Of a stretch of 64,000 nt of DNA, positions 1 through 10,814 are shown piece after piece. This DNA is from Octopus vulgaris. Lineage: Eukaryota. The stretch spans positions 36,518,001 through 36,582,000 of the forward strand of contig OX597838.1 in assembly GCA_951406725.2 (NCBI GenBank), read 5' to 3'. Made by a program: the position numbers and the translations under genes. Below the pieces are notes generated by a model, which was not told the DNA's origin, ran no database searches, and saw only the letters and a list, made by a program, of their open reading frames with translations. The first letter of the stretch is position 1. Every line of letters starts with the position of its first letter.

Positions 1-134
1 GGCAAAAAGAGACCGATAGAATAAGTACTGGGCTTACATAGGAATAAGTCCCGGGGTCGAGTTGCTCGATTAAAGGCGGTGCTCCAGCATGGCCGCAGTC
101 AAATGACTGAAACAAGTAAAAGAGTAAAAGAGAG
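1..134 (+). mobile_element. SINE family A, 3' end (cut by window edge)
   Basis: gagaccgatagaataagtactgggc...ggtgctccagcatggccgcagtcaaatgactgaaacaagtaaaagag matches the 3' end of the full copies at 2311, 7636 and 14403. Confidence 0.9.
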
Positions 135-138
135 ATTC

Positions 139-345
139 ACGGTCACAAACTGCTCAGCTGAAAGTTTATGTTCTCAGCTGAAGTGTGTTAAAAAAAACCC
201 ATCGGAGAGCATTTATGCAATAAGGCAGGCTGGTTGCTTTATCTCTACTTAATATAGAAACAGATGTGGTACGCAAGATTAATTTTGAGGATCTGATGCA
301 AAAAACTTTGCAATTAAAAGAAAAGTCGGAGAAAACTTTTCAAAG
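139..345 (+). pseudogene. hAT transposase C-terminal dimerization-domain remnant
   Basis: Reads, with frameshifts and a stop, VTNCSAESLCSQLKCVK...RLVALSLLNIETDVVRKINFEDL..FAIK, matching the hAT motif VTxxSAERSFSxLK...RLxxLxLLxIE. Confidence 0.75.
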
Positions 346-461
346 TGGAAGTATACAAAAATAAACATTATTTGCCATCTACCTGTTAGTTTTGCTTCAT
401 TTTGGAAAATAATGATGTATTTTATGGTTTATATTTTGCATTACGTATATATATATATTAC

Positions 462-509
<48 letters not shown>

Positions 510-522
<13 letters not shown>

Positions 523-886
523 AAGCTGAAGTTGTCTGTGTATGGCAGGTTTGGTAGCCTTCAACTAATACTATCTCCTCCGACACCTTGCAGCGCAAGT
601 TGACCAAAATTGAGAGTATAATAGAAGAAGGCTTGCTCTTCCTTCCGTAGAAGAAAAACTTCAAATCGGACCATGTTAACACCAAAAATTATTTACATCA
701 AAAAGGTGCTTTTTTTCTATGAAAATCCCTATTTTTTGACTGCTGTGTCGCCCTTTTTCAGTGTTCAACCAGAAAAATGTTCACTTAAAGAGAATAACAA
801 GCTACATAATGCAAAATTTTTACTTTTCAAAAATTCCAATTCTAAAGGATCGAAACAAACCCGAACAACGCTGGGTGATACTGCTA

Positions 887-887
<1 letters not shown>
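510..887 (+). mobile_element. Non-autonomous Helitron (type 1) in a (TA)n tract
   Basis: Ends cccgaacaacgctggg hairpin + gatactgCTAG|t, the same 3' end as 3088-4224 and 55976-56281; 5' part taaagctgaagttgt is shared with 55976-56281; the 5' TC is lost in the TA tract. Confidence 0.75.
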
Positions 888-924
<37 letters not shown>

Positions 925-928
<4 letters not shown>

Positions 929-1170
929 CCTTCACGTGTCATACGGACTCATAAGGGCCAGTTTCCTTGTTTCTATGACGTATGTATTCCCCACCTGGAC
1001 GGGACGCCGATTTGCCGCGGGGTTACTCACTTTTGCCAGCTGAGTGGACTGGAGCAACGTGAAAGGAAGTGTTTTACTCAAGAACACAAAGCGTCATCCG
1101 CTCCAGGAATCGAAACCACAATCTTACGATCATGAATCTAACACCCTAACCACTAAGTCACGCGCCTCCA
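925..1170 (-). mobile_element. tRNA-derived CORE-type SINE (family C)
   Basis: Minus strand starts ggaggcgcgtgacttagtggttagg (A-box-like), ggtttcgattcc (B-box-like), then tgtgttcttgagtaaaacactt..ctccagtccactcagctg as in 29958 and 58122. Confidence 0.75.
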
Positions 1171-1317
1171 CTGAATTACGGATGTATCCTTTAAGTGCTT
1201 CGGGCTTTTAAGGGTCTTAACCCGGCTTTGCAGACAAATATATAATCAGAGCTATTTTGTCTGTGACCATCCTGGTTTCCTTGAGTAACAAGGGTTACAT
1301 TACATCATCCCGTGTAG

Positions 1318-2034
1318 CAGGTTCTTCGTCAGATTTTAGGGCCTGGGGTTTGCTTCAGAATATTCTGGGTGGGCATTAATTTGTAATAAATTCTAAAGTG
1401 GAGTTTCGAAAGAAGTGTATTACTGTAAACCTGAGGGTGCAACTATTCGATAGTGATCGGGGGGAGGGGCAAAACCGTCCAGTGCATCCCCTTAGCGACG
1501 GAAATGGTTTAAAAAGCCAAAGTTTGTTGTCAAGCAGTGAATCGGGGCAAATACGGACGGACACACACACACACACACACGATGAGCTTCCACACAGTTT
1601 CCGTTCAGGCCCGTCGCCAGTCTTTGGTGCCAGGGGGTGTTCCAGGGTATTCGGGGTGGGCACTAATTTGTAATAAAGGCGGCGAGCTGACAGAAACGTT
1701 AGCACGCCGGACGAAATGCTTAGCGGTATTTTTGTCTGTTTTTACGTTCTGTGTTCAAATTCCGCCGAGGTCGACTTTACCTTTCATCCTTTCGGGATCG
1801 ATAAATTAAGTACCAGTTACGCACTGGCGTCGATGTAATCGACTTAATCCCTTTGTCTGTCCTTGTTTGACCCCTCTATGTTTAGCCCCTTGTGGGTAGT
1901 GAAGAAATAACTAATTTGTAATAATGCTCATGTGGTGTTTCGAAATAAGCATACCCCTGCAAATCTGGGGGTGCAACCATTGAATGGTAAGGGGGGCAGT
2001 GCCATCCAGAGAACCCTCATTAGCGACGAGCATA
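1318..2034. mobile_element. Two diverged hAT-like MITE copies (1318-1506, 1606-2034) inside one 8-bp target duplication
   Basis: TIR-like caggcccgtcgc / gcgacgagcata; shared internal gggtgggca(t/c)taatttgtaataa...gggtgcaac; ccgtgtag at 1310-1317 and 2035-2042. Confidence 0.6.
1677..1909 (+). mobile_element. SINE family B, full length with 15-bp TSD
   Basis: ggcggcgagctgacagaaacg head, gttcaaattcc B-box, ccccttgtgggtagtgaagaaat tail; TSD actaatttgtaataa at 1662-1676 and 1910-1924. Confidence 0.9.
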
Positions 2035-2310
2035 CCGTGTAGTGATATTTATTTACAGCGCACAGGATGTTATTTGATGGAGATTTGGCTGCTATTTCTA
2101 GCAGGTCGGACGACCTTGTAAACATTCGTTTTCTCAACTGGTCTCTAATCAGCTGAATGTGAGCAGATTCGATCACACTAATCGATGTAGACGACAGAGT
2201 AAAATATCGATTTTTACATCTTGTCAGTTTAGTAATCAGTTGTCACTGTAACTTCTTTAGAATCATTAGCGCGTCGGACAAAGTGCTTCGCGGATTTTTT
2301 TTTCTCTGAC

Positions 2311-2730
2311 ACAGGAGTGGCTGTGTGGTAAGTAGCTTGCTTACCAACCACATGGTTCCGGGTTCAGTCCCACTGCGTGGCATCTTGGGCAAGTGTCTGC
2401 TGCTATAGCCCCGGGCCGACCAATGCCTTGTGAGTGGATTTGGTAGACGGAAACTGAAAAGAAGCCCATCATATATATGTATATATATATATATGTATGT
2501 GTGTGTGTTTGTGTGTCTGTGTTTGTTCTCCTAGCATTGCTTGACAACCGATGCTGGTGTGTTTACGCCCCCGTCACTTAGCGGTTCGGCAAAAAGAGAC
2601 CGATAGAATAAGTACTGGGCTTACAAAAAGAATAAGTCCCGGGGTCGATTTGCTCGATTAAAGGCGGTGCTCCAGCATGGCCGCAGTCAAATGACTGAAA
2701 CAAGTAAAAGAGAAAGAGAGAAGAGAGAGT
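2311..2730 (+). mobile_element. SINE family A, full length (tRNA head, CORE-like segment, internal TA/TG microsatellite)
   Basis: tggctgtgtgg A-box, gggttcagtccc B-box, catcttgggcaagtgtc CORE-like segment, AG-rich tail; more than 20 copies or fragments in the window. Confidence 0.9.
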
Positions 2731-2736
2731 TAATAT

Positions 2737-2840
2737 CCTGAGTTCAAATTCTATCGAGGTTGACTTTCCCGTTCATCCATTCGGAGTCGATAAAGTAAGT
2801 ACCAGTCAAGTACTGGGGTTGATGTAATCGACTTACCCTT
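2737..2840 (+). mobile_element. SINE family B fragment
   Basis: gagttcaaattc..gaggttgacttt..catccattcggagtcgataaagtaagtaccag..ggggttgatgtaatcgactta. Confidence 0.75.
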
Positions 2841-2876
2841 CCATTGTGTGTGTGTGTGTGTGGAGGGGGGGATGGT

Positions 2877-3040
2877 GCGCAGGCGTGGCTGTGTAGCAAG
2901 AAACTTGCTTCCCAATCACATGGTTCTGGGTTCAGTTCCTCTGCGTGGCACCTTGGGCAAAGTGTCTTCTACTATAGCATCGGGCTGACCAAAGCCTTGT
3001 GAGTGGATTTGGTAGACGGAAACTGAAAGAAGTCCGTCGA
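2877..3040 (+). mobile_element. SINE family A 5' half; its microsatellite hosts the Helitron trimer; a diverged 3' half lies at about 4340-4625
   Basis: gcgcaggcgtggctgtgtag head through ggaaactgaaagaagtccgtcg. Confidence 0.8.
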
Positions 3041-3087
3041 GTGTGTATGTGTATATGTATCTATGTGTATATATATATATATATATC

Positions 3088-4224
3088 TCTATATAAACGG
3101 CAGTTTGTCTGTGCGTGTTTCTGTGTGTCTGTTTGCTTGTACCCTCACCCTGACCACGGCTTTCAACCGATTCTGATGAAACTTGACACACACATAGCCC
3201 AATGTCATAATTCAAAACTAACGTAGCGAAAATTTTGAAAAGTTCCCCCAGTTCTGAAAAAAATTGATAAATTCGACATGGGGTCGAGAATCAGAAACAC
3301 AAACCGCAAACTGTCTAGGGGACGCAACTCCACCTTTTTTCACTCTCAAAAAAAATTTACCATCATTTTTTTCCATTTTTTTCCATTTTTTGGCTATAAC
3401 TCTCTAAAAATGCTTTATAGTTATTTCCCTTACAAACCTGAGCAACGCCGGGCGATACTGCTAGTATCTATATAAACGGCAGTTTGTCTGTGTGTGTTTC
3501 TGTGTGTCTGTTAGGTTGTACCCTCACCCCGACCACGGCTTTCAACCGATTCTGATGAAACTTGACACACACATAGCCCAATGTCATAATTCAAAACTAA
3601 CGTAGCGAAAATTTTGAAAAGTTCCCCCAGTTCTGAAAAAAATTGATAAATTCGACATGGGGTCGAGAATCAGAAACACAAACCGCAAACTGTCTAGGGG
3701 ACGCAACTCCACCTTTTTTCACTCTCAAAAAAAATTTACCATCATTTTTTTCCATTTTTTTCCATTTTTTGGCTATAACTCTCTAAAAATGCTTTATAGT
3801 TATTTCCCTTACAAACCTGAGCAACGCCGGGCGATACTGCTAGTATATCTATATAAACGGCAGTTTGTCTGTGCGTGTTTCTGTGTGTCTGTTAGGTTGT
3901 ACCCTCACCCTGACCACGGCTTTCAACCGATTCTGATGAAACTTGACACACACATAGCCCAATGTCATAATTCAAAACTAAGGCAGCGAAAATTTTGAAA
4001 AGTTCCCCCAGTTCTGAAAAAAATTGATAAATTCGACATGGGGTCGAGAATCAGAAACACAAACCGCAAACTGTCTAGGGGACGCAACTCCACCTTTTTT
4101 CACTCTCAAAAAAAATTTACCATCATTTTTTTCCATTTTTTTCCATTTTTTGGCTATAACTCTCTAAAAATGCTTTATAGTTATTTCCCTTACAAACCTG
4201 AGCAACGCCGGGCGATACTGCTAG
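3088..4224 (+). mobile_element. Head-to-tail trimer of a 377-bp non-autonomous Helitron (3088-3464, 3467-3843, 3848-4224)
   Basis: Each unit starts TCtatataaac and ends cctgagcaacgccggg hairpin + cgatactgCTAG; no TSD; units separated by TA and TATA. Confidence 0.9.
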
Positions 4225-4263
<39 letters not shown>

Positions 4264-4793
4264 TGAAGTGAATCCAAAGGTTTGTTTTTAAATGGATTAT
4301 AAACACTTCTCACGCTGCAATTGTTTATATATGTATAATATGTGTGTGTGTGTCGTTGTTTGTATTTGTCCCCCGGTGTTGCTTTGTTTTCGTCCTCATA
4401 ACATAGCGCGGTTTAGTAAAAGAAAAATGACCGATGGAATAAGTACCACGTTAAAAAAAAAAGTAAATTCTAGCGGTGGTGCCCCAGCATGGCCGCGGCC
4501 TTCGGGCTAAAACATTTTTAAGGATTTAAGGACTAGGGCCGATCTGCTCGACTGAAACCTTCTTCGATGTGGTGCCCCAGCATGGCCACAGTCCAGCGAC
4601 TGAAACAAGTAAAAGATAAGAGAAATAGATCTCTCCAAAACAGATTTTTTTCTCGTTTGTTTTATTTGTTTTATTTGATATTTTATTGAAATTAAAATGG
4701 TAGAATGTGTTTTGGGCGGAAGAAGTTGTCAGTAAAACTTAGGGGTTCCGCGAGTTAAAGGTTTCGTGACGAAATAAGTTCAATAGAGTTTCT

Positions 4794-5149
4794 TATTTCT
4801 TTATTGCCCACAGGGGGCTAAACATAGAGGAGACAAACAAGGACGGACAAAGGGATTAAGTCGATTAGATCGACCCCAGTGCGTAACTGGTACTTAATTT
4901 ATCGACCCCGAAAGGATGAAAGGCAAAGTCGACCTCGGCGGAATTTGAACTCAGAACGTAACGGCAGACGAAATACCTATTTCTTTACTGCCCACAAGGG
5001 GTTAAACATAGAGGGGACAAACAAGGACAGACAAAGGGATTAAGTCGATTAGATCGACCCTCAGTGCGTAACTGGTACTTAATTTATCGATACCGAAAGG
5101 ATGAAAGGCAAAGTCGACCTCGGCGGAATTTGAACTCAGAACGTAGCGT
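4794..5149 (-). mobile_element. SINE family B, tandem dimer of head-less units
   Basis: Two near-identical units of about 180 bp joined at gaaatacctatttc (about 4970-4983). Confidence 0.85.
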
Positions 5150-5311
5150 TCTACCCGTTTATTTGTTTTACCTAAAGTACCCCGTCACTGTTTCAGACAC
5201 ATGAGACATAGTTTAACCCTTAAGTCTTTCAACCATCTACCTTATTTCTATTTTATTTCTTTTCACCTTTTTACTCACTTTCTTCCTGTAAAACCCCCTA
5301 ATTCCCCCCAC

Positions 5312-5411
5312 CGCTGCTGTCAGCGAAGCGGGTTTCATTTCCATCGGTTTGGACATATTCATTGTACGAAACGACAAGGTTTCTCTCTTTGTTCATCGTG
5401 TCTCCTGACAT
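5312..5411 (-). CDS. Possible first coding exon of an unidentified gene
   Basis: Non-repetitive CpG-containing segment; ATG at 5411, open for 33 codons MSGDTMNKERNLVVSYNEYVQTDGNETRFADSS, then a weak GT donor (G|GTGGGG) at 5311; no recognisable homology. Confidence 0.3.
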
Positions 5412-5489
5412 TAAAAACGTTCCCGCGGACAGCGTTATGGCAGACCCACCACACGCGAATGTGTGATAAGCGAAATAGAAATTTTGAAA

Positions 5490-5626
5490 GAAATAACTAT
5501 AAAAAATAGTTTTTTAAAAACTGAATGGCTATGAGGGTCCAACAGAGAAAAACGATAATTAAAGGGATCCGTAGGCAGAACCCCCCCACCCCCCAAAAAA
5601 AAACCCCTGTGGGTTGAGAACCACTG
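5490..5626. mobile_element. hAT/Charlie-type MITE end
   Basis: Terminates in ggttgagaaccactg, the reverse complement of the CAGTGGTTCTCAACC-type hAT TIR; the other end is not seen. Confidence 0.5.
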
Positions 5627-5703
5627 GGCTGAGATTAAACTTTGGCTGTTATTTCTAACAGATCTACTGACCACGTAGAGAGTGTTGATACGTCTTAAAA
5701 TTC

Positions 5704-5740
5704 ACCGTGACGTCACGGTACGGTGCCGTAACCTAACAAC
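5704..5740. promoter_or_regulatory. Perfect 16-bp palindrome containing a CRE (TGACGTCA), next to an X-box-like motif
   Basis: accgtgacgtcacggt at 5704-5719; gtaacctaacaac at 5728-5740 is one mismatch from the RFX X-box GTAACCTAGCAAC. Confidence 0.4.
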
Positions 5741-5934
5741 TCGAGAAGTGCAGTTCTGAGCACTTTGAATGCGGAGTGTGAGACCAGTTTAAGAATTAAA
5801 TCCTATATTTACACGACAATCTTATTAATAACACATTCTGACGTTTGGTTAATTAACTAATTATAAACCCGGCTAGTTTAGGTGCTCTGAGGAATTTCTA
5901 ATTAGGAAAACGACGTAATTATAGTGTATGGTCA

Positions 5935-6066
5935 CCTATATATACGTATTTGTATGTGTCTGTATATATATATATTTAATTAATGTATATATATATATTT
6001 ATATATATATATATATATTTAATTAATGTATATATATATTTATATATATATATATATATTTAATTA

Positions 6067-6107
<41 letters not shown>

Positions 6108-6182
6108 TATATATATACATTTTATATATATATACATTTTATATATATATACATTTTATATATACATTTTATATATATATAC

Positions 6183-6222
<40 letters not shown>

Positions 6223-6240
6223 GTATATGTATGTATGTCT
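5935..6240. repeat. Compound (TA)n microsatellite
   Basis: TA runs with repeated ttaattaatgta and tacatttta interruptions. Confidence 0.95.
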
Positions 6241-6244
6241 GTCT

Positions 6245-6344
6245 AGTGTAGTGGAAAACACATGCCCGAGGTGCCACGCACTGGAACTGAACTCGGGTCC
6301 TTGTGGTTATAAAGCAAACATCTCACCACAGAGTCACGCCTCAG

Positions 6345-6375
<31 letters not shown>

Positions 6376-7520
6376 GTTTGGGGCACCGCTTTGAAGAAAT
6401 TTTTGTCGGACAAATTGACCCCTGTACTTTTGTTTTTAAGACTGGCGCTTATTCTACTGGTTTCTTTTGCCGAACCGCAGTATTACGAGAAAGTAAACAC
6501 ACCGACACCGGTTGTCAAGCGGTGGTGGTGTATTGGTACGGACACACACACACACACACACACATGCACACATACACATTTTCCTCTTTCCGAATCCACT
6601 CGAGGTTATAGCAGAAGATACTTTACACAAGGTGCCGCGCAGTAGGACTGAACCCGATACCATGTGGTTAGGAAGTTAACTTTTTACCACACGCACACAC
6701 ACATATAGACCTGAACACGTGGCACCTTGGGCAAGTGACTTCTGCTATGGCCTCGAGCCGACCAAAGCCTTGAGAATGGATCTGGTAGACGGAAACTGAA
6801 AGAAGCCCATCGTATATACTCTTTTACTTGTTTCAGCCATTTTGACTGCGGCCCATGCTGGAGCACCACCTTTAGTCGAACAAATCGACCCCAGGACTTA
6901 TTCTTAGGAAGCCTAATTCTTATTCTATCAGTATATTTTGCCGGATGCATAGCTCGCCGCTGTAATTCGGAAAGGATCGATGGGCCACGCTTTCGCGGTC
7001 CGTATTCGTACTGAAAATCGTGATCGAGCGAGCTTTTGCCCTTTTGCTCGACGTGTGGTTTCCGTAAACACACCAACATCGGTTGTCAAGGGGTGGTGGG
7101 GACAAACACACACGCACACAGATTTATGTATATACATATATACGACGGACTTCCTTCAGTTTCCGTCTACAAGGCTATAGTAGAAGACACTTTCCCAAGA
7201 TGCCACGCAGTGGAACCGAACCCTATACCATACGGTTAGGAAGTAAATTCCTTAGTTCGGAACCACATGACCCCCCCCACACACACACACACTCACTTAC
7301 ACACACATATACACATATAGACGCGAGCACAGACACAACACATCGTTTTTGTCAGATATTGCTATGTCTTACGATAAAGAAGTTTGCTTCGTTTCACAAC
7401 CATAAGCTTCCGGGTTCGATCCGACTGTGCGACTGCTTGGGTGGGGTAGTTCTATCCATCCGGGTCGACTAATATATATGTCATGGGTGGGACTTGGTTA
7501 ACTGAAACGGCAATCCTTCG
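6245..7520. mobile_element. Cluster of SINE family A copies and fragments in both orientations
   Basis: Minus copies at about 6245-6345, 6380-6690 and 6818-7270; plus fragments at about 6715-6815 and 7370-7520. Confidence 0.75.
6944..7065 (-). rRNA. 28S (LSU) rRNA fragment, non-functional, inserted in a SINE
   Basis: Minus strand gagcaaaagggcaaaagctcgctcgatcacgattttcagtacgaatacggaccgcgaaagcgtggcccatcgatcctt matches the conserved eukaryotic 28S stretch AAGGGCAAAAGCTCGCTTGATCTTGATTTTCAGTACGAATACAGACCGTGAAAGCG. Confidence 0.9.
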
Positions 7521-7635
7521 ATGTTGGTACACGACGTCATTCATCCGGACACGACCTTCTCTCATCAGTCATGGCATAAGATATAGAGGCTAGGTCGAAA
7601 TAAAGGGTTAATGGCGTTGTCCCCTAATACCGGCG

Positions 7636-7822
7636 TGGCCATGCTGGAGCACCGCCTTTAGTCGAGCAAATCGACCCCGGGACTTATTCTTTTGTAAGCC
7701 CAGTACTTATTCTATCGGCGTCTTTTGCCGAACCGCTAAGTGACGGGGACGTAAACACACCAGCATCGGTTGTCGAGCAATGCTAGGGGGACAAACACAG
7801 ACACACAAACATATAAACATGT

Positions 7823-7863
<41 letters not shown>

Positions 7864-8030
7864 TATACGACAGGCTTCTTTCAGTTTCCGTCTACCAAAT
7901 CCACTCACAAGGCATTGGTCGGCCCGGGGCTATAGCAGAAGACACTTGCCCAAGATGCCACGCAGTGGGACTGAACCCGGAACCATGTGGTTGGTTAGCA
8001 AGCTACTTACCACACAGCCACTCCTGCGCC
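7636..8030 (-). mobile_element. SINE family A, near full length
   Basis: Reverse complement of the 2311 consensus, ending cagccactcctgcgcc. Confidence 0.9.
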
Positions 8031-8163
8031 TATATATATATATTTGTACGAACTTTTGCATGCATATTTGTATTTCTGAGTAGTGTACATCTCTGTCTTT
8101 TTCTGTACACACACACACACACACAGAGCCTTTTACAAAGATTCTGTTGTGCATATTAATAAC

Positions 8164-8370
8164 AAGGCGGCGAGCTGGGTGAATCGTTAGCACGCCGGGC
8201 GAAATGCTTAGCGTTATTTCGTCTGTCTTGACGTTCTGGGTTCAAATTCCGCCGAGGTCGGCTTTGCCTTTCGTCCTTTCCGGGGTCGATAAATTAAGTA
8301 CCAGTTGCGTACTGGCCCCCACCCCCATCCCCTTAAAATTTCGGGCCTTGTGCCTTGAGTAGAAAAGAAT
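8164..8370 (+). mobile_element. SINE family B with an alternative 3' tail
   Basis: B head and core followed by aaaatttcgggccttgtgccttgagtagaaaagaat instead of the ccccttgtggg tail. Confidence 0.8.
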
Positions 8371-8419
8371 ATACACCAGTGTATAACCGGCGAAAATGGG
8401 GCTGTGTGTGTGTGTTCAG

Positions 8420-8429
8420 TATCACCACC

Positions 8430-8479
<50 letters not shown>

Positions 8480-8512
8480 TACTGCTACTACTACTGCTAC
8501 TACTACTACTTT
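8420..8512. repeat. (CAC)n/(TAC)n trinucleotide repeat
   Basis: Seen directly. Confidence 0.95.
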
Positions 8513-9359
8513 GAACGAATATAGATGCACACACGTGCAGCTATAAGCATGCATGTAATCATATGCACACACTCACACATGCATATAACGTACAAGCAGA
8601 CATACACACACACACACGTACACACAAACACACATATAGCATAATATACACACAAAAGCACACAGACATGCATATTAAGTACATTCACAGACACGAATAC
8701 ATGCAAATACGCACAAACAAACACACACACACACGCGTTCATATAAAACACATACATTTACCGCTAGAAAAATGCAACGCGCACACACACACGTTCATTT
8801 AAAACACATATACGCAGATAGAAGCGCGTAAATATACAAACACATTCTCTCTTTCGCTCTCTCTCTCCCACACGCATACATAAGATTTATAACTCATTAT
8901 GAACGAGTACAACAACAGCAACAACATTTTATTAAAAAATAAATTGGATTAAAAAATAGTTTTGAATCAGATCTTTAAACTTGAAAAGCTTGGCAAGCAA
9001 TTCGTTTGCAAGTTTCTTTTTTCTGTGTTTTTTCAGTGATTTACGATGATGTTTTTCCAACATGGCAACACTTGAAAGAACCACTTTACGCGTATACTCA
9101 CCACGTGTGTGTGTATATGCCTGTATGCGTTTATGTTTATATATATATATATAGTAGTAGTAGTAACAGAAAAGAGGAATTTCGGTTGTCCCCACGTGGT
9201 GGATTTGTAATGTATATAAGAAAAATAGAAACGGAAAATACGCACTTACATGGTTATAGTAGAAATTTTAATGTATCGACCGGTTTCGCAATCGCTATTC
9301 ATGATACAATGTTTAATTTATATGAAAATATATTTTTTCTTATATATATATATATATAT

Positions 9360-9830
9360 ACTTTTACTCTTTTCCTTGTTTCAGTCATTTGACTGCGGTC
9401 GTACTGGAGCACCGCCTTTAGTCGAGCAAATCGACCTCAGGACTTATTCTTTGTAAGCCTAGTATTTATTCTATCGTTCTCTTTTGCCGAACCGCTAAGT
9501 TACGGGGACGCAAACACACCACCATCGGTTGTCAAGCTATGTGTGAATCCGAGAAAGGAATATTTTAAATAAAATCATAATTTACTGATCCTCTTGTATT
9601 TTCTTTTACCCAGAGTCAACAACACGCATGCTTATGTTTCTCTCTTGCTGCTTGACAACCAATGGTGGTTTTGTTTACGACCCATAAACTTGCGATTAGT
9701 TCGGCACAGATAAGGAACGATAGAATTTGTAGCAGGCTAAAAATAAGTTCTGGAGTCGATTAGATTCACCAAACTCTTTGAGAGAGTGCGCCGCCATGGC
9801 CATTGTCTCATTACAGAAACAGGAAAATGG
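9360..9830. mobile_element. SINE family A 3' halves (minus 9360-9540; diverged plus about 9640-9830)
   Basis: Match to the family A 3' domain. Confidence 0.7.
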
Positions 9831-9945
9831 AACATAGCGGCTAGTGTAAGGAAAGGGATGTTTTAGACGGTGACGCAAAGAAGAGGGATGAGTGGGTCGT
9901 GGGTGGATAGGCGGGTGGGTAGATTAGTGCCTGTCTGGTAGAAGT

Positions 9946-10162
9946 ACCTATTTCTTTACTACCCACAAGGGGCTAAACACAGAGAGGACAAACGGATTAA
10001 GTCGATTATATCGACCCCAGTGCGTAACTGGTACTTTATTTATCGACCCCGAAAGGATGAAAGGCAAAGTCGACCTCGGTGGAATTTGAACTCAGAACGT
10101 AGCGGCAGACGAAATACGGCTACGCATTTCGCCCGGTTTTCTAGCGTTTCTGCCAGCTCCCC
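9946..10162 (-). mobile_element. SINE family B
   Basis: tatttctttactacccacaagggg...gaactcagaacgt...tctgccagctc. Confidence 0.85.
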
Positions 10163-10649
10163 GTCTTGTAGAAGTACCGAGATGAGCTGGCGCCACCGAG
10201 GAACAGAGGTCACCATGGTAGCAAGGGGGTGGCGACAGGGGAGACGACACAACACTCATGTGGACCAAAGACTTGGAGCGCGTGCCCTTTAGTGACGAAA
10301 TTCCACTCTGCGCAGGTTGGCCGCGTGCATATTAGCAGTAAGCACAGTCCATCGTCTACCGTCCTACATGTGAAAACGATACACCATTGTGGAACTTACT
10401 TTTGAGTCTTGTTGAGTGTTAGCAGCTGTTAGTCGAGCTGTGTGACATTGTGTACGTGCTTCGTGGTGGTGGGAACAAAAAAAGGAGCGAGAGAGAGAAA
10501 AAAAAAAGCACGCTGAACAGATTTTAAAGAACCCGAAATAAATAAACACGCAATTAATGATGTCCCTGCATGCAGTCTATCCGAGCAAGCTGAACTTTGG
10601 CCTGTACAATCTGATGGTCATCGAAATTTCCTTGTGATTTTCACACACT

Positions 10650-10719
10650 CCTTGGCGCTCCCTGGCACATGGCGCCCTGGGGCGACTGCCCGAGTTGCCG
10701 ATATCTTGAGCCGGCCCTG
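10650..10719. mobile_element. hAT-type transposon end
   Basis: ggcgccctggggcgactgcc...gagccggccctg (CAGGGCCGGCTC-type TIR with GC-rich subterminal motifs). Confidence 0.5.
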
Positions 10720-10814
10720 CCTTGCATGGCCGTAGTCTACTGAATGAAAGATGTATGACTGTAATATATACATGTTTGATAACACAAACCAGAAAATAGA
10801 GTCCAAAGCATGAA

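Noticed and set aside
1262-1331. CTGACGA..GAAAC..GTC on the minus strand as a hammerhead
   Set aside because: The motif straddles a MITE insertion junction and has no stem II; coincidental.
2311-2380. tRNA genes at SINE heads
   Set aside because: Only A/B boxes are retained; no complete cloverleaf, and each continues into a SINE body.
3088-4224. Repeated MGSRIRNTNRK ORFs as a tandem gene family or CRISPR-like array
   Set aside because: Chance ORFs within near-identical Helitron units; no unique spacers and no cas genes in this eukaryotic DNA.
5200-5310. Mitochondrial control-region-like C-tracts (NUMT)
   Set aside because: Only low-complexity resemblance; no mitochondrial gene or tRNA sequence nearby.
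9244-9330. Strong minus-strand donor GTAAGT as an exon end (similar one at about 47864)
   Set aside because: No convincing acceptor or reading frame; such hexamers are expected by chance.
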